A stretch of DNA of 63,621 nt, filler included, from Neoconidiobolus thromboides FSU 785 (GCA_025603075.1; 7 parts of 7 records of this genome joined end to end with filler, not necessarily neighbours in it); one strand, 5' to 3'. Shown: positions 12,180 through 25,204, numbered from the whole stretch's first letter. Notes: generated by a model not told the origin, from the sequence alone. Made by a program: numbers and translations.

Positions 12180-13960
12180 TAATCTGTATGTTATCAATAT
12201 TTTGATTATCTACTGTATGTGTATCTATTTGTAGCTCTCTTTGATTTAATTCTCGAGCAAGTATTGTGAATTTTTTACCTCTCTCTCATTTCATTTATCT
12301 TTTTGTTTTTTAATTTATCATTCTCTTTATTCAATAAATAAAGTTTAGCCAATATACTATTCTAAGTTTCTAGTTTTGCTTAACCTTTTTTATAATATTA
12401 GCTATATTAAATAGAAATAGAAATAGAAATCAATATTATGTAAATTTTATTATATAATCAAGTTTAAACATAACTTTAAAAGGACTTAGGGCTTAATATA
12501 GACCTGCTTCATAAAGTAGGCTTAGTTTATTGACTTATCAAAGAAAATTATATCCTTAGTAAATATTTTATTTTGTAAAAGAATCCAAATAGAATTTCAT
12601 TCAACTTTAAGATTCTAAATTATTGTTACTTTAATTGTATCAAAATTGAGATGCTTAATCTTAGCATAACTCAGAGATTTTTAATAGGAGATCTACCACT
12701 TGTTAGTTTTGATAGTGGATACAGTTATTATTTAGTCGACTATAGTGCCAATAACTTATTTTAATATTTACGATAAATATAGTATACTTATCTTATCACT
12801 TTGACATTTTAATTGTCATTAAAGTTTGTAATTTGAAGTGATATAATCGCCACTTATTCGATAGTTTATCAACGGTGCTTATATTGTTATAGCACTAAAT
12901 ATTTTTATTGCTACTCTTGGCATACCACTTCTTGGCACTTTAATGTCTTATCTTAGTGGTATTTGGAAATATCTATAAATTGAAAACTCGGATACGTCAA
13001 TTAATTATGTTAATACCCTTGTTCTAATATTCACAAAACATTAAAAAAATAGCCATTTTGATGGAATTAAACTACTGATTATATCATAGATTTTAAGCTA
13101 TTATTTAAAATTATTTAAAATAATAAATATGTGCATGTTTTCTTCTATCTAAGAATTAAATTACGAATTTTAAATTTAACGCTTAAGTGAAAATGGTCAC
13201 TGAAGTAACCCATTTTTATACAACTAATTACACCCCTAAAATAACATGTAAATCTAGACAAAGAACAATCAATGAATTCTATTTTAATACCACCCCTTCT
13301 TTGTTATCATACATTTTTAATTGAACTTTACAGCTTATTTATTTATTGGTGACAGCTCTAATTGTCTCCCATATTTTTTGAATTTGGTTAATAAATCCAC
13401 TTTATATTTCAATTACATTATTGATTGGTTAAGTTTTAATTGATCCTTAATAATCACCAGACACTTATTCTTTGTAATCTAAGAAGTCAATTTTAGTTTG
13501 AAAATTGTATTTAAAATCATTTGAAAATTTAAAAAATTAACCTTTTATAGCCAAGTTGGGGTATGTCAATAAAACTTGGACTAAATTTTAGAATTTCAAA
13601 GTAGCATGTTATTGTTGATACTCAGCTAAAAGGTTGATATTATCTTTACAAAGTTTTATATATAAACGTGAAGTGTCATGCAAATTATTATCAAGTTTTT
13701 ATCTCAAAATATTATATAAAATCTCCGCTTTTAGCATCATGTGGATCTTTTTTCATTAGATTATTGATCATTTTTAAAAAAATTTAAAGGATGAAAAATC
13801 AAATAGTTATACCGTTTATTTTTCTTTTTAATATTAAGAACATTCCTTAACATATCTCTCCTTTGCAATTTTTTGGATATCTGGAAGCACATGATTCAGA
13901 CCATCTTATTTGGGATTATAAAATTAAGGGAGAGGTAAAAAAGCTATTAAAATAAAAGAA

Positions 13961-14043
13961 TCTCACCTCCCGGGATCGAACCAGGGACCGATGGATTGCT
14001 ACTAATTTACAGTCCATCGCTCTTCCAACTGAGCTAAGGTGAG
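13961..14043 (-). tRNA. tRNA-Tyr(GUA) with short intron
   Basis: CTCACCT/AGGTGAG acceptor stem, TAGCTCAGTTGG A box, GATGGA-CT-GTA-A, ~10-nt intron, ATCCATC, GGTTCGATCC B box. Confidence 0.95.
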
Positions 14044-14402
14044 GTTTTATTACTCTGATAAATTAATAAATATATTTAATACTATTAAAAGCAGTTTTAA
14101 TTTTTTACTTTTATTGGTTATATTCAATTATGAAAGTTGATACTTGAAACCTGGTTGCTTTATGTTATAAAAACCTGAAAGTCTGAAAAAGAGTTTGCAA
14201 TAACTTGCTAAAAAGTGTATGAAATATAAAAGAGATTTATTTAATAAAACATACAAAAACACCGATATCATAATACTACTTAATTTAATATAGCTAAAAA
14301 AATAAAAGCTGAGAATGCATTCGATATTTAAGATTTAATTATACAAAACATTATATTTTAAACAAAGCTGATAATTAAAAAGTTTTAAACTCTATAATTA
14401 TA

Positions 14403-14505
14403 ATATGGGGATGTACTTTTGTGTTTAAGAATTTTGCTAACAATTTTTCTACTAAAATAGCGCTTAAAAATGGAAAACAATGAAGCCAAAAAAACACCCC
14501 CATAT
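14403..14505 (+). mobile_element. ~105-bp MITE copy
   Basis: Consensus match with intact termini. Confidence 0.85.
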
Positions 14506-14834
14506 AGTAATTTAAAAGTAGTTGTATTTATAAAATTTTATTTATTTTAAAAATTATTTATACTATTTCTATTATCTCTATTATTCTTATTTTAGGTTTA
14601 TTAAATTATTTAAATAATAAAGCTAAAATCAAATAAAAGTTGAAATTAAAATAAATAAACTATAATTAAGATGAAATAAAAATATAAAAAATATAAAATA
14701 AACTACAAAATTCAAAACCTAGTAAAAAAGCTATAAAAGTTGTGTTTTGTATTAAAGTACAGTATATAAGAATATATTATCAGTTATAAAAAATTATAAC
14801 AAGTTTAAATAAAAAAAACTTTGAAATTAATTAT

Positions 14835-14928
14835 ATATGGGAATGTTTTTTTTAACTTCATTATTTTTTCCGTTTTTAAGCGCTATTTACGTGGAAAATC
14901 ATTAGTAAAATTCTTAAACACAAAAATA
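14835..14928 (-). mobile_element. MITE copy truncated by assembly gap
   Basis: Consensus match running into Ns. Confidence 0.8.
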
Positions 14929-15028
14929 NNNNNNNNNNNNNNNNNNNNNNNNNNNNNNNNNNNNNNNNNNNNTTAATTAATTAANNNNNNNNNNNNNNNN
15001 NNNNNNNNNNNNNNNNNNNNNNNNNNNN
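14929..15028. other. Assembly linker gap (44N-TTAATTAATTAA-44N)
   Basis: Identical 100-bp construct recurs six times; the core gives stop codons in all frames. Confidence 0.97.
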
Positions 15029-15127
15029 AGGATGTTAAATTTATTTAGGCTGCGCCATTAGCTCATACTCATCTTATTGGCACTAATAAAATTTATTTAT
15101 TTGCTGGGATACATTTATTTTTTAATT
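15029..15127. repeat. ~100-bp repeat, reverse complement of 20889-20989
   Basis: Identical on opposite strands except for the length of a poly-T run; both copies run into gaps. Confidence 0.9.
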
Positions 15128-15537
15128 AATACTATTAGATATATTATATTTTAAAAATATATTCACATTTATAAATACTGATTGCTATCTTTTTAATTAT
15201 TAACACTAGAGTTTTAATTTGCAATTTTTAATTTAGAAATGTATACTATTTTTCTTAAATATTACAATAATGATAGTACAACAGTATAAACTTCTAAAAT
15301 ATGACAAGTTAATACGCTAATAGTCATTGAAACTATATTTAATTTTACTTAGATGAGTAAAATTAATAAAATGCTAAAAATACTGAGTGTATCAACATTT
15401 TTTATATGTAATCTTTGTATGCTATAACCTATATTAAAATTAATTCAGTTAATTTGGGTGGTAGTTTTACCATCTGACTTTGGTGATGTAAGCAAAAGTA
15501 TAAAAACAATCAAATTAGGAGCTAATCTTTTAAAATT

Positions 15538-16440
15538 ATGAATTTACAACAAAGATTAGAAACTATAAAACAGTACGGTACAAGCGATGTAAACAGTTGA
15601 TAATTGGTGCTATATATTATAACAGATTGTTAGGTATCTGATGTATTGATGGAATTGGGGTATAAAGATTATTTTGTGCCAGATTTAAAAGCGTACGGTA
15701 GACATAGTATTGATTTCAAACTTATTGGAAAAGTGTACACTGTCGAAGTAGGTTAAATAACAAAATCAAGTAACAAGCAGTATTAAAAGCCGTTTTAGTT
15801 AGTACATGTGAGTAATCAAGATAAAAGCAAAATTCCAGAAGGGCAACATTGGGTATTATATTTGACATTTTAAAAGTGTGGCTTACTTTCTATTAGATTG
15901 ATAATATTGAGAAAGATAGTATCGTATTAGTGAAGCAACCAGAAGGTAGATGAAAAAGCCATTAAAGTTAGTGCTAATCATTTTAGGCTTAAAAAATGCA
16001 GTCCTTGGTGGTTTATTAGGTTATCGTGCTTTAAAACAAGAAGCGACCGGAGTTGTAGTATTGGGATATATAAGAGATTCTGAGGAGTTAGAAGAAATGG
16101 GATTAAAGGTAAATTTTAAAATTAGCTCAGTGCTAATATGATTCAAATTTTAAAATTTTAGGTATTAGCTTATGGAACATCAGTATTAAGCTCTAAAGGG
16201 TTTACAAAAGCTTATAAATTAAATGGAAGTATTCAAACTAAAATCAATCAATATCATTCGTTTGAAACATCATCTAATAACTATCTTTACTCTGATAAAG
16301 ATGGAACTGTTGTTTTTCCAATAGATAAATTGGACGAGATCGTTACTAAATTACAAAATAATAGCGAAGTTGAAAAAAGTTGTTTTGCAGCTTTAAAATT
16401 AAATGAAACCTTATCAGACGCTTTTAAAAAATATCGCTAA
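15538..16440 (+). CDS. RraA-like / HMG aldolase family protein (yeast YER010C-like), multi-exon
   Basis: Spliced translation gives GTSDVSDVL, IGKVYTVE, AVLGGLLGYRA...GVVVLGYIRD, LAYGTS and YSDKDGTVVFP. Confidence 0.85.
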
Positions 16441-16476
16441 ATAAAATTAAATCTTTATTTTTATTTCTATTCTTCA

Positions 16477-17251
16477 CTAATTCTTAGTTACATAAAACTC
16501 ATAAGCCAAGGCGTGGACATTTGGAGGATATGGGGAGGGGATCTCAGTTTTGCCAGGTCTTGAAATTGGGGTTCTTAAAAAGACTGTAGAACAGGTAAGA
16601 TAATCAACTTCTAAATAAGGAGGTAAAAACAAATGAGGTTGAGAATAAGGTTTGGGTACAAATTGAAGATTTTCTCCTTTGCTTCCTTTCAAAAACGTGA
16701 TAGCTTCTGGCTCAACCTGTACAATATCTCCTTCATTTAATTTGGTACTACTTACTCTAATCTATTTATTTATTTAATATTAAATTGCTTATATTGTTTT
16801 ATAAATTCCTTACTTTTTCACCATTGAGTTTAACTTTTCCGTGTAAAATAAGCTGTTTAGCCTCTAAAATTGAAGAAGCAAATAAAGAACGGAAAACTAC
16901 AAAGTCTAATCTCCTTTCTAATTCAGCATAAGTCAAAGCAGCAACATGAGGGTGAGGCTTATTTTCTAACTGAACTTTTCTTTCATCGTTACTGCTAATT
17001 AAGTTTGATATCATTGTATTGGAGGTAGGTAATTTTCTTCCATTTTTAAATATTTTTTTCCATTGCTTTTCAGTAATCTCCGCATCATGATAGCCTCTAG
17101 TTTCTTTCTTTGCTTGCCACATTTGCTGGAATAAAGTTTTATCATTGGTGTTAGTGGGTCTTACTTTGTTGGCCAAATTGTAAGTGTTAACTTTGTTCCA
17201 ACTCATACGAATCAGTCCCCTACTACTGCTAATCCAATCTTTTTTTCCCAT
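16477..17251 (-). CDS. NAM9: Mitochondrial ribosomal protein uS4m (NAM9-like), 2 exons
   Basis: RMSWNKVNTYNL, TLFQQMWQAKKETRGYH, LERRLDFVVFRSLFASSILEAKQLILHGKVKLNG (S4 domain); C-terminal RPGKTEIPSPY. Confidence 0.9.
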
Positions 17252-17378
17252 TTTTTTGATAAAACTTAAATTTTTCAATTACTAATTTTTAGTTTTGTTA
17301 AGATTAAATTTGGGATTAAATTCTATTTTGGGATTCTTAAATTCATAAGCTTTACCAAGTTTTAATTATAAAATATTA

Positions 17379-19016
17379 ATGTTTTGTTTATCTGCTCTAA
17401 AGCATTATCAAAATATCAAGTGTATCCAACAGTCTAAGTCTATATTGACGAGTGGTATAAGAAGAGTTAGCATTCATAGAAGAGCTAGTATTTATGATGG
17501 TAATATTGATAATAAAGACGCCAATGAACTGATTGAAATTTACAACAACTCTCTTAATTTTAAAGAAATGAAGTTTAGTTTGAAACTATTTCATACAATT
17601 AATCAAAATCATGGAGATTTATTGGAAAGGTACCATTTCTCGGAAATAATAGGAAAAATCAGTAATTCTCTTAGGCTCAGAAGAATAGAGCACAGTGATG
17701 GTATCTATGAGAAGACGACTGATTCATATATTGAGATGAGGCCTGGTGTAAATTCATACTATTGTAATGGATTAAAAAAAATACTAAAGGAAATGATTGA
17801 AGTAAGAAAATTTAAGTTGACTATAGATGAATGGAACAATGTATTTAAGGCATTTGCAATTGACTTTGACTTCAAATATTTAGAGAGCTTATGGTATACT
17901 ATTTTATTGAACAGTGATATTAAACTAAAGAAAATGAACAAATTCAATCCCTTTTTCGATAGAAATCTACCAGCGTTTAATAACATAGAGATTTCATTGA
18001 ACATGCTCAATTCAATGTTGAGCTTATATTCAAAATATCCACATCCAACTAAGAAGTATGGTCTTGAACCTTTAGAGAACGTTGATCAAGTTATTGATAT
18101 TATGAACCAATTACAAGTTAAGAAGGATCTACAAAGTTACATAAACATTTTAAATGCTTATCATTTTTTTCTGAAAAGAGATAATGATTTTGTACAATAT
18201 AGTGGCCAATTAGTTCAACATGTAAAGTTCACTCAAACTAACGTGCGGTTTTTTAACAAACTGATGTTGTGTTATTTAAACAGGAATTTATTTAAAGAAA
18301 TAGATATAATTTATAATAGAATTCAACCTTCGATACAGTCATTGAATATTTACATTCAGTTTAAATACAAACAAGGTGAGCTAGGTAATAAAGTTTTGGA
18401 ATATTTTCAATCTGAGGTTAATAAGCGTTATTTGATACCAAACTATGTTTCCTTGAATTTGATGCTTGAAGGAATAATAGAGCAAGGTGATATGGAACTT
18501 GCTGAAAAAGTGGTTCACCTTTTTGAAAAGGAATATTCAGTAAAAAGCAATTCAATTACATTTACTTATTTAGTACAAGGCTATTGTGCACAATTTGACC
18601 ATCAAAGTGCCGAAAAAGTGTTGATCAAATATATGGAACGTCCAGACCTTCATTTGATTTCTCAGCCTTTTCATCATTTGTTAAAGTTATATAATTTATT
18701 GAAGTTCAAAGAAAAATATGATGACTTATTAAAACTGTTTTTAGTATCGAAATTAAAACTTAGCTTTGGAATCTTCCATACTATTTTGATAAACTGTTTA
18801 GATAATTTAGATTTAAATAAAGCAATCGAATTCTTTTTAAAGAGTACCCAACATCTTGAAGAGTTCAATAATGATCTGTTAAAGCTACTGATTAAAATCA
18901 ATTATAAATTAAATAATCAACCAGAGAATTTAGTTAATCTATTAAAATTAAAGAATAGTGAACGTATAAATTACATTAATAAATATCACATTTTTCTGAC
19001 AAATAAAGCTGATTAG
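17379..19016 (+). CDS. Pentatricopeptide-repeat protein, probably mitochondrial
   Basis: 545-aa ORF with a basic N-terminal presequence-like region and PPR-like units (SYINILNAY, SLNLMLEGIIEQGDMELAEKV, TFTYLVQGYCAQFDHQSAEKV). Confidence 0.8.
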   Translation: MFCLSALKHYQNIKCIQQSKSILTSGIRRVSIHRRASIYDGNIDNKDANELIEIYNNSLNFKEMKFSLKLFHTINQNHGDLLERYHFSEIIGKISNSLRLRRIEHSDGIYEKTTDSYIEMRPGVNSYYCNGLKKILKEMIEVRKFKLTIDEWNNVFKAFAIDFDFKYLESLWYTILLNSDIKLKKMNKFNPFFDRNLPAFNNIEISLNMLNSMLSLYSKYPHPTKKYGLEPLENVDQVIDIMNQLQVKKDLQSYINILNAYHFFLKRDNDFVQYSGQLVQHVKFTQTNVRFFNKLMLCYLNRNLFKEIDIIYNRIQPSIQSLNIYIQFKYKQGELGNKVLEYFQSEVNKRYLIPNYVSLNLMLEGIIEQGDMELAEKVVHLFEKEYSVKSNSITFTYLVQGYCAQFDHQSAEKVLIKYMERPDLHLISQPFHHLLKLYNLLKFKEKYDDLLKLFLVSKLKLSFGIFHTILINCLDNLDLNKAIEFFLKSTQHLEEFNNDLLKLLIKINYKLNNQPENLVNLLKLKNSERINYINKYHIFLTNKAD

Positions 19017-19134
19017 TAAATAAAATTAGTTGGATTAATTAATTCTGTTTTTTTATAAATTTTTTATTGCAAATTTTAAGCATATTAAATAATACTTAAT
19101 AGCTTCCATTGTATAAAGTTATATTATTAAAGAA

Positions 19135-20398
19135 TTAAACATCGTTAGATTTACTTGACATTGAGTTAGTAGGATTTGAAAGCCTTAATCTTTCATCTAA
19201 AGCTTTTAATGCTAATGCCCTAATTAAATTAGTATAAATTATTTAAATAAAATTGATTAAATTACTTTCTACGCTCAGAATCTAATGATAAATGAACTGG
19301 TGTTGGATTACTTCTGACTGAGGCAGTAGCAGTTCCTGATTCTAAATCATAGCTAGATATTGTATGAATTGGGCGACATATCCTTAATTGAACTAATATA
19401 TTGAAACAAAAGTTGGATACTATCTTTAATGGAGGCCTATATTTAAACGTAAAATTAGCATTGGGATTGGCATGACTTGACTTAACTATATTATTTTGAA
19501 AATTACCTAAATAAAGTTGGGAAAAAAGAAACAAAAGAAAATGTTTCACTACGATCTCCACAAATACCATCAGTAATTTTAAAGAAGCGTAAATAAATCC
19601 AAGAAATAAATACACCGTTCCAACTCAAAATCATATTGGGTAAAAATGAGGTGATAATTACAGACAAAATAGTGATCATTAATAAGAAAATACTTGGTAA
19701 TTGCTAAAAAATGTTAGATTTAAATCTGTTATTAAAAATTGTCACCTACCTTAAGTTTGAAACCAAATGCTTTAAATAATTTTACCTTATACTCAGGATA
19801 ACTCTGTTTTAATGCAACAGTAAAAGAAGCTATCAAGCAAGTTAAACCCATTGTTTTGATTTCGCTATACGAATTAATAATGGAGCAAATTAGAGTAAAT
19901 TAAACTTACAGTATATCTTGATTAGCAGTAAAAGCAAAGATAGTGAGTAAGAATAAGCAATAGAAAATAGAAGATAAAAGATTGGATATAAACACGAACT
20001 TCATAAACTCCATTGTTCCCCAAAGATTTTCCAGTAAATTTCCAAACCCTATAAGAGCAATAACATTAACAATCAACTAAAAAGATATTAAGCCTTTGTT
20101 TTTGTACTATCAATATTATCCCTTACAGCAAATAAATTTTTTTCAATTAAAAAAAAGGTTACAATAGTCCAAGGCTGGAACAAAAAACTAATTTAAAAGT
20201 TAATATTTACAACATACAGATAACAAACAAGAGATACTTTTTAGCAGATAAGGCCAGGTTAAAATTCGTATTATTTAGAGCCCATTGAATCAAAGTTAAA
20301 ACCAAAATAATTGAGGTTAATATTTTGGTTCCCAAAGTGACATTGAACAAATATCTCATCCCATTTTTGATTCCGTTGCTTAATTGAATACGTACCAT
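19135..20398 (-). CDS. TMEM115: TMEM115/DUF1751 rhomboid-like Golgi membrane protein, multi-exon
   Basis: GNLLENLWGTMEFMKF, SWIYLRFF...GDRSETFSFVSFFP and SERRK-ALALKALDERL match family motifs. Confidence 0.8.
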
Positions 20399-20888
20399 TT
20401 TTTTAGAAAAATCTATTTATCTGAAAGTTTTAATTCCTTTTTATTAGAACTATTCCTTTTTTTATTGGTTCTTATTCTGAGTGGCTATTAATCAATTTTT
20501 GGCTAGATTATTCTATAGCTGTATTGTAACTTAGTTATAAGTTTAATGGCTTCTTGTCAAATACTTTATAACAATATTATATCATATAATAATGGGTTAT
20601 TATATTAAGATTAAACATTTATTTTCAGAATTAGGGTTGGCTTTTATTTGAAATATATAATTTATCAAAGGGCCCTTATAATCAAATCGCGAACAATATT
20701 TCTCTTTAATTTATCATTATAATTATTCTTATATCAATAAGGAAGTAGCTGTGAATTTGTAATAGCATATATCTAACTGTCTCTTTACTTTTGAAAAATA
20801 GATAAAACTCCAATTAATATTAGGTATAAAAAACATAATATATAAAGTTGATACTTTGAGATACAGCAATATTAAAACAAAACGATAA

Positions 20889-20989
20889 AATTAAAAAAAA
20901 TAAATGTATCCCAGCAAATAAATAAATTTTATTAGTGCCAATAAGATGAGTATGAGCTAATGGCGCAGCCTAAATAAATTTAACATCCT
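20889..20989. repeat. ~100-bp repeat, reverse complement of 15029-15127
   Basis: Direct comparison with 15029-15127. Confidence 0.9.
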
Positions 20990-21089
20990 NNNNNNNNNNN
21001 NNNNNNNNNNNNNNNNNNNNNNNNNNNNNNNNNTTAATTAATTAANNNNNNNNNNNNNNNNNNNNNNNNNNNNNNNNNNNNNNNNNNNN
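20990..21089. other. Assembly linker gap
   Basis: 44N-TTAATTAATTAA-44N. Confidence 0.97.
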
Positions 21090-21860
21090 AATGTATTTAT
21101 TGACCATAAACATCCAGCTTATGACACTAAGTTTCCATTGCCTGGTGTTTTAATTTTCAAACCTCAAGAGTCTTTAATCTTTCCTAATATTGATTACTTT
21201 AAAACTTGTATTTTAGATTTAGTCCTAGAAGCTACTAAAAGTGGTGCTCCACCTACAAAATCCGAAAATAAATTATGGTGTGAAGATTTGGAACAAAGAG
21301 GGCATAAGCTTCGTAAATTACGTGAAGAAAAGACTGGAATTGCTGCTCCAAGTGTTGATTCTTTGCCTTTACTTAAAGCAATCATTTTGGACTTTGGCTC
21401 TGTTAATCTCATCGATTCTTCTGGACTAGAAGGTTTATTCGATATCAGAGATACCTTGTCCAAATACGCCGGGGTAGAAGCACTCAACAAATCATCTCTA
21501 GAAAATAATAAAGAGCCCGAAAAACTGGACTCTATAGAAGAAATCAATGAAGAGTTTATAGAAAGCCCAAACAATCAATTAAATGATGCTTTTTTTGAAA
21601 TTCACTTTGTATCCACTCATCCTCAAGTACTTAAAGTGTTAGAATTATCTGGAATTACTACTCCAGTTGCCCCAATCATCCTTCCTTCTGTAGTAAAGCA
21701 TTTAACCGCAAATACTATGTCGGTTCAAGACAGTGTAATGACTACATCTAGTCTTGCAGCAGGTATTGAACCGATTGTAAGTAACGCTTCTTTATTTGTA
21801 CATCTTACAGTAGGCGATGCCGTTAAAAGAGTGCGTAAAAGGATGGTAAAAATCAAATAA
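21090..21860 (+). CDS. SLC26/SulP sulfate transporter C-terminal STAS region (5' part lost in gap)
   Basis: PGVLIFKPQESLIFPNIDY and LKAIILDFGSVNLIDSSGLEGL; C-terminal FVHLTVGDAV. Confidence 0.85.
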   Translation, partial: NVFIDHKHPAYDTKFPLPGVLIFKPQESLIFPNIDYFKTCILDLVLEATKSGAPPTKSENKLWCEDLEQRGHKLRKLREEKTGIAAPSVDSLPLLKAIILDFGSVNLIDSSGLEGLFDIRDTLSKYAGVEALNKSSLENNKEPEKLDSIEEINEEFIESPNNQLNDAFFEIHFVSTHPQVLKVLELSGITTPVAPIILPSVVKHLTANTMSVQDSVMTTSSLAAGIEPIVSNASLFVHLTVGDAVKRVRKRMVKIK

Positions 21861-22176
21861 ATTAACTTAATATTAGACGACTATGTCAAATAGATCATTC
21901 ATTTAGTTAGAATTTTAAAATAAAGTTAGGTCTTGCACTTAGCATGTTGAAAATTGAAACCAATTTCAATATAATATACAATGCTAAAAGGCATGTTATT
22001 AGTACGTTATAAAATAAAAAAGTAATCAAGTTATTTGTTTTTTCGAATTTAGATTCATCCTATTTTTGTCTACACCATTAAATCTCATTATTTTTGTCAT
22101 ATTTTATTCTAGACATTAAATCTTAAATTTCGTTTTCAAATTCAAATCATCACTTTTTAAAATTCAATTTCAAAAA

Positions 22177-23847
22177 ATGAATCGAACGATGATATTAAAT
22201 ATAAGAAATCTAAAGTATAGAACTTTAGGCAGCTCAAAATATATAACAAATTTATTGTATAAAGGTAATTCAATTGAATATGCTTCAGTGAACGAAAAGA
22301 AGGGATTATCGAATACCAACTATTTAAAAAGAACATATACAAGTAAAGTGGTAATTGACAACGAGATTATGAATAATGATGAGAAGGATGTAGTAATTGT
22401 TGGAGGTGGTGCCGCAGGGTTGGCATTAGCATGCGGTTTAGGTAATCAAGTTATCAAGCAACTATCTTTTTATTAATTTTTAGCCCATGACCTATTAACC
22501 AAAGGGCCACTTTCATATACCCCAAAGCTCGCTTTAGTTGAAAAGTTTAAGTTACCAAAGGTAAGAGATCCAAGTGCAGAACCCTTACCATTTTCAAATC
22601 GAGTTGTTTCATTGACACCATCTAGTAAGCAATTTCTAGAGTCCATTGATGTTTGGGAAAAGATAGATCTTTCTAGAGTAAGACCTTATAAGAATATTAA
22701 AGTTTGGGATGCTATTGGTAAAGGAGAGTTAGAGTTTGAAACAGATCAAGACTCAACAATGGCCTATATGATTGAATTAAACAATCTTACTTCTGCTTTA
22801 ATGTCAAAGATTAATGAGGCTATTGAATCTGGAATAAACATTGAGTTACTCGAAGGTTGTAACTTGGATGAAATACAAAAGGCTGATTTAAATGAGAACT
22901 TAGATTGGCCTAAACTAAGTTTACAAAATGGAACTAGAAATATTAGAAGTAGATTATTAGTCGGGGCTGATGGAGCTAACTCTAAAGTAAGATTATTTGC
23001 TGATATTGAGTCTTTTGGTTGGGATTATTCGCAAAGAGGAGTGGTTGCCACTGTTGTATTTGATCCACCGTTAAAAGAAGAAGATCCTTTCGTTGGATAC
23101 CAAAGATTTTTACCAACCGGACCAATAGCCTTATTACCCTTAGATAAACAGCACTCTAATTTGGTTTGGTCCATGACCCCAAAGATGGCAGAAAATATAA
23201 AATTATTAAGTTCAAATATGGTATCCAAGTTAATAAAAGCCGCTTTTTCTGCAGAAGAAGGTGATCTTCAATATATTATAAACCAATTAGAAAATGGAAC
23301 AATAGAAGTCTGTGATTTAGAATTAGATTGGAGACCAAAGTTTACTTCACCAGCTTCATCAAACTCTTTCCCATCAATTAGCAACATTGTAGATAACACA
23401 GTGGCTTCTTTCCCATTGAAGTTACGCCACGTATCTAGATATGTTATTCCCCGTATTACACTCATTGGGTAACTTTAGCTTTTTATTTAATAAAAATAAC
23501 TAATTTGTTCTTTTTTAAGGGATGCTGCTCACTCGATGCATCCACTTGCTGGACAAGGCTTAAACCTTGGTTTAGGAGACGTTGAAAGTCTTACCAAACA
23601 ACTAACTAGAGGTTGGAGAGGAGGTGTTGATCTTGGTGATGCTAATTTACTTCAAGGTTATCCTTCAGAACGCTATTTCCATAACTCAGCCATGTTAGGG
23701 GCAACTGATAAATTGTATCGTTTATTCAGGGCTACAGATCCCGTAACTACTACTATTAGATCATTTGGCTTTAATTTGATAAATTATGGACTTCCTAACT
23801 TTGTCAAACAGGCTATCGTTAAAGCTGCTTCTGGAACTGGAGTTTAA
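22177..23847 (+). CDS. COQ6: Ubiquinone biosynthesis FAD monooxygenase COQ6, 3 exons
   Basis: DVVIVGGGAAG, NRVVSLTP, LLVGADGANSKVR, QRFLPTGPIALLPL, FPLKLRH and GDAAHSMHPLAGQGLNLGLGD. Confidence 0.93.
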
Positions 23848-24170
23848 CTTTGTTTATAAAAGTTTTAAATTTTAGATTATGATTTAAAAATTTTAATATT
23901 TAATTTAAAATTGATTTTTCTATTGGCTCATGTATCTAAATAGTTCAAAAAACATAACCTATAAAGTATTATTACATAAAAACCAATTAAAAATATAAAA
24001 GAAACATCAATAGTTAGAGTGAATTAAATGATTGCTATTACTAAATAACTTTAATCTTAGTAATTTTATAAAATATCATTTTTAAACGAAAATTTAATTT
24101 TCAGCTTCACAATTAAAATATTATTGCAAATTAATCTCTTAAAAAAGCAATTATTTCAAATTTTAGCAGC

Positions 24171-25204
24171 TTAAGAAGAACCATCACCACTAGGTACTTT
24201 GTTTACTTTAGGACTGGTAAGATTATATTCGTAAGCGAAATAAGTAAACTTAATAAAGATAGAAAATCCAATATGTATCAAAATAGCTAACATAAGTAAT
24301 CCAGAGCGCATACCAGCTGATTCCGATCTTTTAAACACAGGGTAGATATTTACTGCTAAAAAATACCCAGAATATACAGAAAAGGCAATCACAGTAAGCC
24401 ATCTTACCCAAGGATAATTGATACCGCAAAGGATCTAAAATGAGGTTATTAAATCTTAATAAATTGTTCATGTTAAAACAACTTACAGCAGCCGGGACCC
24501 AAATTATCATAGAATAACCATACACTGTAATGAGGTCCAAAAGTACAGGTCTAGCATTGAAATAATTGGCGGTAAAATAGAACAAAGTAGGTATTAAAAA
24601 GGTATAAAAATAAACTGAAAATAGAGAAGTCCAAATCATATTAAAGTCATACACAAAATCAATTTCTAAAAAAAAGGCACCAATACTTGTCATCAAAGAA
24701 GACACTGCAAACATTGTACAAGCTACTAAGGTTGAGATCCAAAAAGGTCCATATAAATCCGGTTTTATGGATATGTTTTCTAAAAATCTATCTCCCCCTG
24801 TCTTTATTAAAAACACTTGTTTAATCCTTTGTATTACTTCTTCAGTATCCACATCAAAATATTGGGCATAAGAATCAATTGAAAGCCATTTATTAGTAGC
24901 AGAAGTTCCACTTTGTGGTACGGAGTCCGGATTAAAGCCAGAGTTGAAATCTAAGTCTTAATAAAGTCATTTTAATTAAAGATTATAAGGCTTACTTCGA
25001 TTATATTGTTGATCAGTAACTGTTGAATTTCCTGGAATCGCATTTTCTTGTGATAAAGCTGAAAAGTCTTGAAACTCTAATTCTGGGGCATCCATAAGGT
25101 CCTTAATTGTGTAAAGTTATGTTTAAAATATACTTTTCATAGTCCAAATAACTACTTACATCGTCTACCTCAACTACTGCTGAATATTCTCCCTTTGAAC
25201 CCAT
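24171..25204 (-). CDS. YIPF1/2-like Yip1-domain protein, multi-exon
   Basis: KPDLYGPFWISTL and LITVYGYSMIIWVP; N-terminal WLSIDSYAQYFDVDTEEV. Confidence 0.88.

Noticed and set aside
14973-14984. TTAATTAATTAA palindrome recurring six times between N runs
   Set aside because: An artificial all-frame stop linker in identical 100-bp gaps, not biology. ORF tails ending in X are artefacts of it.
17759-18901. Antisense ORFs inside real genes (17759, 18674, 21194, 23025, 23268, 58417, 12015, 9224)
   Set aside because: Shadow frames of the PPR, STAS, COQ6, CAP-Gly, orphan and SGT1 genes with no recognisable motifs
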